Source: Octopus vulgaris (lineage: Eukaryota). From it: a stretch of DNA of 64,000 nt. Shown here one piece after another: positions 28,190-41,119 of the stretch. The notes under the pieces were generated by a model. That model did no database searches. It was not told where the DNA came from and saw only the letters and a program-made list of their open reading frames with translations. The translations under genes were made by a program, and so were the position numbers. Every line of letters starts with the position of its first letter. Positions within the stretch are counted from its first letter, which is position 1. Location of the stretch: contig OX597814.1 in NCBI GenBank assembly GCA_951406725.2, positions 223,324,001 through 223,388,000 on the forward strand. The letters run 5' to 3'.

Positions 28190-28830
28190 CTGCCCAGTCC
28201 TGGCTAAGTAGGAATATATTCACAGACATGAGTTGGGACCTATATATATACTGGAAGCTATGCCAACGCTATGAAATACCGACAGATAAAAGTTGGTATA
28301 GACACAACCCCAAAAAAGGTCACAGAGAAGTAGAAAGCAACCATACTCTGGGACATTAAAGGAGACTATTTCTTTATGGGAGATGGCTTATCAGATAGAG
28401 AAATCAAGGCCAGTAGGCTACATATAATTGTCAGAGATTATCATGAATAAAAATGCTTTCTAATCGATGGATCAATACCAACAGATAACAACGTTTTTGA
28501 AAAAGAAACGGAGAAACTTTCTAAATACAAAGATCTGGAAATAGAGTTAACTCGAATGTAGAACCTAAAAGCATAAACAATTCCTACCATAGTAGGCGCG
28601 TTAGGCATGATAGAAAAACATTCAGACAAATACATTACAAAAACACAATGCTTTACAAATATGTATAGCATGCAGAAAATAGCACTACTGGGCACTTCAC
28701 ACATCCTACGTAAAACGCTTTTAATACAGTGAAAATAAGAGCACCACAACAAACCACAGCACATATCTATGGCACGCAGAGCGACGGTGGTTAGTGCAGT
28801 GAAAGCATGTAATAAAAATAAGACTACTAA
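28190..28830 (+). pseudogene. Degenerate R4/Dong endonuclease-domain fragment + 3' UTR
   Basis: Broken frames give EYIHRH, ATILWD, CFLID..IP, EKLSKYKDLEIE, VGALG and QKIALLGTSHILRK, homologous to 26130-26627. Ends in (TGA)n. Confidence 0.85.
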
Positions 28831-28866
<36 letters not shown>

Positions 28867-28867
<1 letters not shown>

Positions 28868-29423
28868 GCCCTGACGCAATTCTAGGCAGTGATTTACCCT
28901 GATACAATATTAGGCAGTGGCTCTCATGGCTTCTGATCTTAACTGATTGGAAATGTTATCATGTACGTTTTGTCTCGTAAAAGATGGGCTACATTAAATA
29001 TTCTGCTCAGTACTACAGATTTGCTTGTCAGTTGCTTGGCCTTAACCATGCTCCTTAGTGGCTAACGATAAGTGCATCTCTGATCAAAAGCAGGGGTAAT
29101 GAGAAAGCGTCATAGTCATATGTTGAAGGGAATTCTTTGAGGTTCGAATGTTTCATCTTTGGAAACATGGGTATTGTGTTCTTCATCCTTAAACAACTCT
29201 TGTTCGGGAACCTTTTGTGCAGGATGGGCTACTCGACATCAAGTAAGTCCTAACTGGCCCCAATTTGCAAATTCATGCGTTGTTTATCTTCATATGAGTG
29301 CAGCATGTAACGCACATATTGTTGGGATGCTTGTGATTGGTGTACCCTTATTTGACATATAGTTATGATGGACGTAGGTTTTGTATATTTGTACCCCTGT
29401 GTCGCTTTGATGGCATGCATTGC
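28867..29423 (+). mobile_element. Non-coding TAA-associated element, copy 2
   Basis: Colinear with 27104-27650 and has its own partial 5' duplication. Confidence 0.8.
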
Positions 29424-29544
29424 CATGATGATGCTTTCAAATTTAGAGGTGAGGGTGAGTCGATTACGTCGTTCCCAGAACTCAATAGGTATTTATTTCA
29501 TGCACCCTTGAAAATAGAAATCCAAAGTCAACTTCGGCCATAAC

Positions 29545-29574
<30 letters not shown>

Positions 29575-29575
<1 letters not shown>

Positions 29576-29785
29576 TTCCGTTTTACCATAGACTCAGGGC
29601 TTGGAATTGTGTGGGAGGGGTGCAAACTGATTGCAGCCTTGCTCAACTGATACGTATTTCATGCACTACTGATAATTGAAAGGCAGAGTCGACCTCGGTA
29701 GAATTTGAACTCAGAATATGAAGACGGACAGAATGCCGCTAAGCAGTTTACCCGACATGCTAACAATTCTTCTTGCTCGCTACCT
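29575..29785 (-). mobile_element. SINE family C (degenerate)
   Basis: GTCGACCTCGG..GAATTTGAACTCAGAA...GCCGCTAAGCA...GCTAAC. Confidence 0.7.
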
Positions 29786-31369
29786 TAATTCCTGTAACAA
29801 TAGCAACAATAGCGGCAACAACTGCAGCAGCAGCGGCTGAAACTGCAACAGCAACTATAACAATAACAACAGCAACAACAACCACTATTACCACCACCGC
29901 TACCACCACCACCACCACCACCACCACCATCACACCAACAACAACAAAAGCCAAATAGTAATAACAAGAAGATAGTACATCCTACAGCGCTCTTTAGGCT
30001 TTTGTTGAACAAACTTTTTTTTAACAGTTACAAACACTTCTTTCCGTGTTTATGTTCTTTTTGTTTTGTAAACTCAAATGTGACAAAATTCCTTCATTCA
30101 TTCAATCTAATATTTCACCTATAGATTTTATCGTTAATTATCGATAATATTTTGGCCCCTATTTCTATTGAATAAATACAACTGATAATTATCCATGACT
30201 TGCTTTTGTTAGAATTTTGTTGAACTTTGGTGCGGCAGCATCTTATCAGGAAATATTTGGCACTTGCTGTTCTGCAATATTTGTTTATATTTTTCCTTTT
30301 GTTTCGTAGACACTTTTACAAAATTCTCTCGCTTTATATAATGAAATTACGAAGCCAAATCCTTTCAGGAGTAACCTCTTTTATCACTGCTTCATCTAAA
30401 ATGTTTAAGATTACTAAACAATAGAATGTTGCACAAAATGCATACAGAATCGCATTTCGTTACGTCTCAGTTCAGTAGATAAATGTATCCCTCTGCATTT
30501 CCATCCTTATGTAATACATCAACGTAACGCAGTTACGATAGAGCCCACTGTATTCCCAGCTCGCAAATAGCATTACTATTATACTATTGTATAATATTGC
30601 AATACTGTCCATTCCTTCCTCCTCAAATTGTTAGCCTTTTGGAATTCCTCCTCTGTTCATGCATTTCCCGCAACCTTCACCTGGCAACTCTTCAAAGCAC
30701 CGTTACCTTCATCGACCTCACTATTCTCAGAAGGTACAAAAAGGCACAAAAGTCAAATCCTTTAGATTGAGTCAAGAAAAGAAAAGAATATCATTATAAT
30801 TTGTCCTAAAATTACCTTCAAAACAAATTTATTGAAACAGTCTTTAATGAATATGACATAAAGTGAATATATCTAACGAAAATAGACAAAATCTTATATC
30901 ATAGTGTCATAATTGTGGTCTTAACGTGAATATAAGTGGAGTGAAGTTAACTGAACAAACGATTTAAGTCGCATTACGATCGCCAAGACTTTACAAATTG
31001 ATTTTACGGTATTTACTTGTCTTAACAAATATAATAGTATATAAGTAGCGATAGTATTCAATCCTCTCTAGGCACTGCGGAACATTTGACATAAAATTGT
31101 TACGCAATTTAAAATATATCACTCCAGCTACTACCAACAATATGGTATTTGATGTTAGATAAGCTGACACCATCGCCGTGTACCAACGCGTAACTCGGCA
31201 ACATGATACGTCAAATGTTCAGTTACCTTCACCTCGGCCTAAATTAATGTCAGGTAATTGACTATATAGATAGGAACAATATCTTTATTGCCTGTTTATT
31301 TAGAAATTTATTCATTGTAGATGAAAATTAAAGTGAATAATATTCGGTATTTATTTCAATTAAACCCTA

Positions 31370-31466
<97 letters not shown>

Positions 31467-31467
<1 letters not shown>

Positions 31468-31515
31468 GGCCTGGACCAATCTTTGGTCGAAACATATCTA
31501 AGTTTATCTAAGTTT
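31467..31515 (+). mobile_element. Extreme 3' tip of a CR1-type LINE in (TA)n
   Basis: TGGCCTGGACCA-ATCTT-TGGTCGAAAC + (TATCTAAGTT)x2. Same architecture as 13857-13906. Confidence 0.6.
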
Positions 31516-31531
31516 ATATATATATATATAA

Positions 31532-31718
31532 TTCAAACAACGCGAGGACCAGGAACAAGTATAGTGTTATTGGACGCTCAGGAAAGGAAAGAAAGAAGGA
31601 GGATTTAACGTTCCGAGCGGAGTTCTTCGTCAGAAATATAGAAAAAGGAATCGTCCAAAGAAGGGAAGCCGGAGAAAGGAACTCGCCAACGATACACACG
31701 CGGTCACATATTGAAACT

Positions 31719-31720
<2 letters not shown>
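31532..31720 (-). mobile_element. Short Penelope-LTR-like repeat carrying a degenerate minimal hammerhead
   Basis: Minus strand ATTT-CTGACGA-A-GAACTCCGCTC-GGAACGTT-AAAT. Flanked by (TA)n. Diverged copy near 58340-58470. Confidence 0.5.
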
Positions 31721-31778
<58 letters not shown>

Positions 31779-32396
31779 TTTTCAATACACAAACACACAC
31801 ATATATATATTTATATATATATACTATACTATTCTATTACTATATATATATGGTAATAGAACAGTATAGCTTTCATATATGTGAACTGAAATAACATTAG
31901 AGAATAAGAATCGGGTTACAGAATCAATTAGCTTGGAGCTTATTTTACTCTTTAAAGTTCTCAACATATAATCAAGGGTCATTCCTAACATCTCAAGGAT
32001 ACAAAGATCAATACAACAGAGGATGATTGGAAGTTAAAATTTTATAGCTCTAAACCAAGAGTGTATAACCCTGTAATTATAAAGTAATTACAAGTTGCAC
32101 TAGCATTTGTGTCCACTGGCCGTTTGCCAGGCGATGACAGAGACGTTTTACTGTTGGATCAACTATTCATGTTCCCAATGAAAGATATTCGAAATTGATT
32201 TAAAGGTCGCATTTCACTCATATTAATAAATATCCTCTTGACATTTAAATATATTGTCTGACTTCAGTCATTTATTAATATGCCTGAGACTATAATACAA
32301 AGAAACCCCGATTTATTAAAAGAGATCTTTATTCTGATATTTATGAAATTGAAGGAAAATAATGTCTGTTGAGTAAGTGCAATATATATATTATAT

Positions 32397-32625
32397 ATTT
32401 CGTTATTGCCCACAAGGGGCTAAACATAGAGAGGACAAACAAGGACAGACAAAGGGATTGAGTCGATTACATCGACCCCAGTGCGTAACTGGTACTGAAT
32501 TTATCGACCCCGAAAGGATGAGAGGCAAAGTCAACCTCGGCGGAATTTGAACTCACAACGTTACGCAGACGAAATACTGCTAAGCACTTCGCCTGGCGCG
32601 CTAACGTGTCTGTCAGCTCGCCGCC
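32397..32625 (-). mobile_element. SINE family C (long tail), near full length
   Basis: Reverse complement of 50258-50488. Confidence 0.9.
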
Positions 32626-32631
32626 TTAGTG

Positions 32632-33452
<821 letters not shown>

Positions 33453-34265
33453 AATTTATTAATAGTCTCTGACTATTTCCTCTTTCTCACTAGACCGCTG
33501 GTGGCAAAATAATTTCTATTGAATTTTTTGCTACCCTAATATTGATTAATTGATAATATATATATATATATATATATATTATTATTATTATTATTAAACC
33601 CCTATATCTACAAGTTAAATTTATATGCAAATATGACAAAAATTTAAGGCGAATTAGCGAAAGTGTTAGAATACCAAATGAAACAAAAGCTGCAGTATTT
33701 GTACCGACCGTCTGCTTTTTTATTTGAATCCAATCGTAGTAAATTTTCCATTTCATCTTTTCGAGGTTGGTAACACAGTATCAATGAATTACTGAAGTCG
33801 ATACGAATTCTCCACTGTCTCTGGGAGAAATCCCTTGCGTTCAGATTATAGCGAGATGGACAACGCTTTATTTAGAATATCCAAGTTATGCTGTCTCGAT
33901 GGTCCACTTATGAGCCCGAACAAATTTTATGGTCCCAAAGATAAATAATAATGTGTGAAAAAGTAGGCAGTTCCTGATTGTGAAAAGTGCTAAAAGTATA
34001 ATATTGAAAGTTTTGTTTGTACAGGATGGATATTTACAATCATAATTCTACTGTTATAGACCTTACAATTATTTGTTTGTGCGCTATTAGTCAGAAATAG
34101 CGTTAGTGGTAAAAATATTACAAAACACCTGCGGGTTTTTGGTTAAGTGAGAAAATTCCACCGCTAAAACATTGCATATAATAACGATATTGTTCGAAGA
34201 TACAGCTTTATTTGGCTTTCACGCCTATAAGCATGTGCCTCACCATCATATGTATCTGTGTAAAT

Positions 34266-34493
34266 ATACATACATACACGCACACACATATATACATACA
34301 TACATATATACATACCTACACATACATACATACATACATACATACATACATACATACATACACACATACATACATACATACATACATACATACATACATA
34401 CATACATACATACATACATACATACCTACACACATACATACATACATACATACATACATACATACATACATACATACATACATACATACATAC
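34266..34493. repeat. (CATA)n microsatellite
   Basis: Direct reading. Confidence 0.95.
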
Positions 34494-34497
34494 TTAT

Positions 34498-35220
34498 GAT
34501 ACAGATAAGGAAATAGGTTTATTCTCAAACGCAGGATAATGCTAATACTATAGCATGAGCAGGATAAATTATCCGTATTTTGCAGAAAAATCTGTCGACG
34601 GCTAGCTATCAGACTCGAACTCACATCCCTGTGATTATGCGTCCAGTGCTAAACTGAACCAACGATAAATTCTTCTGCAAATTTATGATATATAAACCTC
34701 GCTTTGTAAGACGCTGTTGCACGTTTAATTCAACTTAAGTTGAAAGTCATCAAACAAAGTTTGCTTTAGAAGCGTTGAGATTGATTGAAACATATAGAAA
34801 AGGAAATAATTTTATTCTCAAACTCCGGATAATGCTAATAATATAGCATGAACAGGATAAACAATGGATATTTTGCAGAAAATCTGTCGGCTGCCAGCCA
34901 GGAGACTCGAACTCACTTCTCAACGCTTCTAAAGCAAACTTTGTTGACTTTCAACGTACGATAGCGTCTTATACAGCTATAAATTTATATATCCTAAATT
35001 TGCAGAAGAGTTATCGTTGGGTTAGTTTAGTTTAATAGTAAATGCACTCGACGCGTAATCACAGAGATGTTAGTTCGCGTCTTATGGTTGGCATTTTCAG
35101 ATTTTTCTGCAAAATATGGCTAGTTTATCCTGCAATATTATTAGCATTATCCTGCGTTTGAGAATAAAACTTTATCTGTATCTTGCGATACATTCTCAAC
35201 GCTTCTAAAGTAAACTTTGT
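34498..35220. repeat. ~285-bp repeat unit in direct and inverted copies with a tRNA-like segment
   Basis: Units at 34498-34780 (+), 34800-34916 (+, partial), 34918-35182 (-) and 35194-35220 (-, partial). Confidence 0.85.
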
Positions 35221-35963
35221 ATGTTGAAATTTAATGTAAGTGGAATATATATATATATATATATATAGTGTAGCTCGCTTCTGGTTGTCCCACACATTAT
35301 GATGTCGCATTGGTTATATAATAGACTGCGCTGAAACGTGTATGTACAAACCTGTAGGTTGACACATACGAATATAAACACACACAACACCAGGCGTAAG
35401 GGTGGAATTCGAAGAATTGTCAACAGTAGTGGATATAATAGAAATTGAACCACTGATGAAATACTACTAAAAAGAAAATAAGTATGTTAAATTGACAGGA
35501 ATAAAGAAAAGATAAAGGAAAAGAAGTAAAAGGAGGAAAAAAGGGAAAAAAAGAAAGAGTAAAGTGTTTTATGTTGTTTTAAAAATATTGAAAAATAGAA
35601 GAACAATTGTAGAGAATGTATATAACGGTTCAAATAATTGCAATGGTAGGTAACACGATAATTAATTATGTAAATACATGATAAAAAGGGAGTGTAAAAA
35701 AGAAGGATTAATGGTACTGCATGTGATGAGGGGCGCATGCAGCCATTCATAACCTCATTGTTATATAATCATCTCAATCATATTCGTTTTATATATTGTC
35801 CCCTCTGTGGTGTCCTGTCTGTCCTTGTTTGTCCCCCTCTATTTCGGGCCCTTGTGGTTAATAAAGAAACAGAATGTAAACACACACACACACGCGCGCA
35901 CAACACAAACACACGCATATATATGACAAAGTAAAGTTTGGAGTTACCGCACTAGTAAAAATG

Positions 35964-36251
35964 TAAGGAAAATAATCTGAAAATGCTGGTGTCTTTTAAT
36001 AGTATTTATTAATTTAACCAGTTTCAGATATTTTAGAAAATGTTCAAAAGTAAAGTGTGAGGATTTGTGTATCCTATGTAGTGTCAAAATTTAGCTTAAA
36101 AAATGTATTCAAATCAAATGATAGAATCTTTGACAATGATAAGAAAAGCTTTGTGGCTTTCTGTATTCCCTGTGATGAGTTAAAATATAGTTTACATAAA
36201 AACATTCAGATTAGGTAGTAGAAATTTTTATTAATGAGAAGAAAAATTTAG

Positions 36252-36320
<69 letters not shown>

Positions 36321-37961
36321 TGAATTTGGCATTGTCCGCAATGGCTGAGTTCCGGTGGATCAAGTATTTTGAGGCCATAGGTTTGGCATAGTATGAATGA
36401 AGGATTTGGGTTTATTATTCACAATTTCTAGCCAGTGTTCGGTGTCTAGTACTGGTAGTCTATGGTTGGGGTGTTTAGTGGGGTAGTCTATTGTGACCTT
36501 AATACTCTGGTGGATGGAGTTAGCTATTTGCTGGATGCTCTCCATAGTATTAGTTTCTATTACTGTATCAACATTACTCTCTTTTGGGGGTGCCTTTACC
36601 ACTATAACATATATATAAAATTACAAATTACATGAACATATATAAACAGAAGATACAAATATTACAGGCATCCCCCACATACACACACTAAATAAACATA
36701 AACGCACATAGAGATATAAGCATGCGCAAATGAAGACGTACAATAGAAATACAAAATGGCTGACGGTTAGTAAGGAGAGACACAAATAAGTGAGAAGAAA
36801 ACAAAGGACCACTGATGCGGTCACAGGAGTGTGACGAAAGAACTCTGGCCGAAATAAGATTATGATTAATGTAAAAAATAAATAACACTGAAGCAAAGTA
36901 ACGCCAAATATATAGTGCGTGTGTTTTTATTGGCTAAACTGACAAAATGACCATTCCGAAATATAACAATATCTGTTTCAACACACGACTTCACATAAAA
37001 AATCTTGCACAACAAATATTTAAACGTATATATATATATATATATATATACTGTTAGGTTTATCTTTTTTACCCTTCTGAAGAGATTTTGCTTTATATAC
37101 TGATTTTAATATTTGCTATTTAATCTTTTAGACTGAATCCAAACATCTGTAAAGGATTATGTTAGATTTTTTCAGATAAGTCTTTATTAAATGCTATATC
37201 TCTGCTTTCTTACTTTCTTTTAAATTATTATAAACTATGATTTATATATAAACTTATTGTTTTATGAATATTATTATTCGCAACAGACATTAGGTATTGA
37301 ACCAGTAATTCATTAGATGATACCAATGAATTATGAAACCAGTGCTACAACAGAGTGTGGGACAACCACAAACGAGCCACACTTTGGGCGACCCGAACTA
37401 GATGCACCTGTTATGGTCCCAGCTTAGGGTTAAATAGCCTCCGAACAGGTATCGCCATGACAACTTTCTCTCTCATGGATGATACCAATTTAACCTCTAA
37501 TTGAATATGTGTGAGTGTGGTGTGTGAATGTGTGTGTATGTGTAAACCCTTTTTGTAGCTGCCAAACTCCAGCCAGATGCTAGCCCCTTAGAAGCCAGAT
37601 ACAAGAACTTTAAATGGTCTGTTACATATTTTATCTTCTTGGCAAAGTCTCTATTACTTGATCGGAATATACTCATGTGAGCTAATTTTGTTAAATGTTG
37701 CTAATTTATTACCTGATCTGAATGTTTTTATGTAAGCTATTTTATCACTCATCACAGAGGATACACAAAGCATCAACATTTTTCTTATCATTGTCAAAGA
37801 CTCTATCACTCGATTGGAATACATTATTGTAAACTAATTTTGACACCACAGAGGATACACACACTTCACACTTTACTTTTGAAAATCATTTTAAAGAAGT
37901 GAAACCGGTCTAGTTAATAAATACTTTAAAAGACTCTTGCATTTTCAGATTCTCTTCCTTA
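35964..37961. repeat. Diverged ~255-bp inverted repeat pair (35964-36217 / 37710-37961)
   Basis: Shared blocks include TTCAAAAGTAAAGTGTGA, TCTTTGACAATGATAAGAAAA and TACATAAAAACATTCAGAT. Confidence 0.85.
36315..36605 (-). pseudogene. Penelope-like element RT fragment
   Basis: IANSIHQSIKVTIDYP...RLPVLD..., then after a 1-bp frameshift QILHSYYAKPMASKYLIHRNSA. This matches the PLE RT 'LPFLD...YxKP' region. Confidence 0.75.
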
Positions 37962-38156
37962 TATATGTCTGTGTGTATGTGTGTGTGTGGGGGGGGGTGT
38001 AATGGAACAAAAACGCTATAGACGACAATAAGACATCCGGACAAATAGGTGAACCAAAGGCGGATAGAAAATATACAGGGATAGGGAAAAAAGGACGGGT
38101 CATTCATGGCCTTCCCTCATCGGTCAAGTTTCCAGATGTACTTTCATTTTAGGGCA

Positions 38157-38227
<71 letters not shown>

Positions 38228-38231
<4 letters not shown>

Positions 38232-38395
38232 TCGCAGACCTGGATGTGTGGTAAAAGCTTGCTTTCCAACGACATGGTTCCGTGTTCAGTCCCATTGTAT
38301 GGAACCTTGAGCAGGTGTTTTCTACTATAACCTCAGGCCGACCAATACCTTGTGAGTGGATTTGGTTGACGGAAACTCCTAACAAGCTAGTTGTA
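38228..38395 (+). mobile_element. SINE family D, 5' half
   Basis: TGTGTGGTAA...GTTCAGTCCCA...CCGACCAA..CCTTGTGAGTGGATTTGG. Confidence 0.8.
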
Positions 38396-38396
38396 T

Positions 38397-38533
<137 letters not shown>

Positions 38534-38757
38534 GGGAATATGATTCAAAATTTACAGGGAAAAATTCAATTTAGTAATACTAATCAAATTTCACAATATA
38601 TAATATATAATATATAAATTAGAGAAGAACCACCATGTATCAATTCAACAATGATATAATTAAATTATAACATATAGAAAAAATTAAATATACGATAAAC
38701 CTTTACCTAGGCCTAAATAAAGTACGAAATAATAAATAAATAGTATATAATTAATAA

Positions 38758-38844
38758 ATAGCCTACACGTGTTTCGTGGCTATATTTTCAAACTGATAAG
38801 AGTAAAATCAGTTCAATTTAAATATAGTCACTCATCAGGTCCAT
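38758..38844 (-). ncRNA. Putative type I minimal hammerhead ribozyme
   Basis: Minus strand AUGGAC-CUGAUGA-[GUGACUAUAUUU...AAAUAUAGCCAC]-GAA-ACACGUGU-A|GGCUAU. Intact core, long stem II, palindromic stem III, GUA site. Stem I pairs 5/6 including one G-U. Confidence 0.7.
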
Positions 38845-38899
38845 GATGAATACAATAAAATAATTAAATAAATGTACGTATATTATCTTATAAGAAAAT

Positions 38900-39520
38900 A
38901 TAAATAGAGAAGCCTTGTTTTGCCAGTGTACCTTTATGCTTGCACAAATTTTGTTCCGATGCTGGAGAAGCAGGACTAGCTCCAGGTCATCTTTTGTAAT
39001 GCTTTGTTTTGCCAAGAAGAAAAGGGAATGTTGCATCGTTTCTGATTATGTTTTACTTTGTCTTTGAAGCGCAAGAGTGGACTTCCAAATGATCATGTTG
39101 TTGGGAAGTGGCCAAAGAGCAGTTGCTTCGGAATTCTGATATCAGTCATACGTCACAGATGACCTGATAATCTAATCGGTATTTTTATGAGGATAGCTTC
39201 AGTAACTGATATACTATATTTTGTTAGCATTTGAAATGTTGCGAATATGGTCACTCGGTTTTATGTCGGAGGGTGTATGCAAGCATAGCACATGAAATGC
39301 GTCAAGCTGGATGATGCGCTTTCAGGGTCCATGATTCAGCAGTGATGCCAAAACCAGCGACTCGTATACACCGAATTTCACCTTCAACTTACATACATAT
39401 GTGGTATTACGCCGGTAGAGTAGTTAGGATGTTGGATACAGTACTTAGCACTATATTATAATATGTAAATAGTGTTTTTTGCGCTTTGGTGACGGTTAAT
39501 AGGATTTAGTATTCCCAGGT
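38900..39520 (-). pseudogene. RTE-clade LINE 3' ORF remnant
   Basis: Minus-strand fragments ESWTL, LDAFH and GHL.RMTDIRIPKQLLFGH...GSPLLRFKDKVK. Confidence 0.7.
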
Positions 39521-39581
39521 ATTAGTCACAAAGCTTTCTAATAAGATATGTAAATGGCGTGGGCTTATACATATAACACGT

Positions 39582-39947
39582 GGAGACGCAATGGCCCAGT
39601 GGTTAGGGCAGCGGACTCGCGGTCATAGGATCGCGGTTTCGATTCCCAGACCAGGCGTTGTGAGTGTTTATTGAGCGAAAACACCTAAAGCTCCACGAGG
39701 CTCCGGCAGGGGATGGTGGTGATCCCTGCTGTACTCTTTCACCACAACTTTCTCTCACTCTTACTTCCTGTTTCTGTTGTACCTGTATTTCAAAGGGCCG
39801 GCCTTGTCACTCTCTGTGTCACGCTGAATATCCCCGAGAACTACGTTAAGGGTACACTTGTCTTACACGTTAATTTCACGAGCAGGCTGTTCCGTTGATT
39901 CGGATCAACCGGAACCCTCGTCGTCATAACCGACGGAGTGCTTCCAG
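39582..39947 (+). mobile_element. tRNA-derived SINE, head A + tail X
   Basis: A-box TGGCCCAGTGG and B-box GTTTCGATTC. 12-bp TSD ATACATATAACA (39567-39578 / 39948-39959). Confidence 0.9.
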
Positions 39948-41119
39948 ATACATATAACATAAGTAATCTCTGTTTACATATTCCAGATTATCAATATATG
40001 CTTACATTTACGTAAGTTACTATGCGTAAGTATATATAAAACATACACACACACAAACGCACGTTATGTAGTCTTAAGCATGTTGCCGTACTTATTAAGT
40101 TTTCTTCGCAATTATTCGATTTCACCTTTAGTCTTAGTGCACGGTTGCTTGAACGGATGTCTTTTAAATAGCCATGGGTTAACTAGTGTTTTCGGAGTGA
40201 AATTAGGTGGAGACAGTACAAAATTTTGTCGTATATAACTAATTTACCTACAACAAACCAACTACAGCAACGTTTCTGCAGTCATAACTTTTCTGTTCTC
40301 CACATGTAACTGCCGTGAGCACTTGGCAAACAACTTCAACTTTTCTCGAACCACCTACAATTTGTTAGTACAACATAACCGAAAATCAATGAAGGATGTG
40401 AAAAGCACTTTTGTAAAAAAGAAAAATAATGCAAAATGGAACCAATTGCACTAAGAAAAAGAGTCTTTCGTTATTTAGCCACACCACAACCACCACCACA
40501 AATATACAAAGCAGTAAACACATTCAATGAACAAAAGTATATAAAAGAATATAAAAGTATATCCTACCAGTTAATAAAAAGTATATATCCTGCCAATTAC
40601 GCACCAGAAATTAACAGTCTCATAAGAACCAAAGACATCCTTAAGCTTAAATCTACCAAAACTAAATACAATCGAAATAAAAGCCGCATCAAACAACTAA
40701 ACAATTAAATAACAATTATAAATCATAGAATAACTGAAAATCATCAGACATGTGTATCAATATGAAAAAACTAATATTAAACACTATATCATCTATTTAA
40801 TATTTTTATCATCATCAATAACAACAGTCAAACTACATTACATGTAGTCGTAGCAAGCTCAAATAATATATTCAGACTGCAACAACAAATCAACGTTTTA
40901 GAGGATATAAATAGAAAATCAGATACCCAAAACCACACAAGGTAACTGGGAACACTAATAACAAAAATCGCACTTCCACATTTAAAAAGGATTTTAACCC
41001 GTTTATTCTCACATTGAACAAAATTTAAACCCATTTGATCCCTCCAGTAGTTGAAAAGCAATAGGTAAATCTAACTTTTTAGAAGTCTCTGTACCATATA
41101 AAACACACAAACATATATA

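Noticed and set aside
29760-30012. Thr/Ala-rich or Val/Gly/Cys-rich mucin-like ORFs
   Set aside because: Degenerate (CAN)n trinucleotide tract next to a SINE, with no exon evidence.
30443-30552. Possible TA-flanked MITE (TACAG...CGTTACGT / ACGTAACG...CTGTA)
   Set aside because: The inverted ends match only patchily and there is no second copy in the window.
39582-39660. tRNA gene (also at 56091, 57739 and 60010)
   Set aside because: A/B boxes are present, but they run into SINE bodies (most with TSDs), so these are SINE heads.
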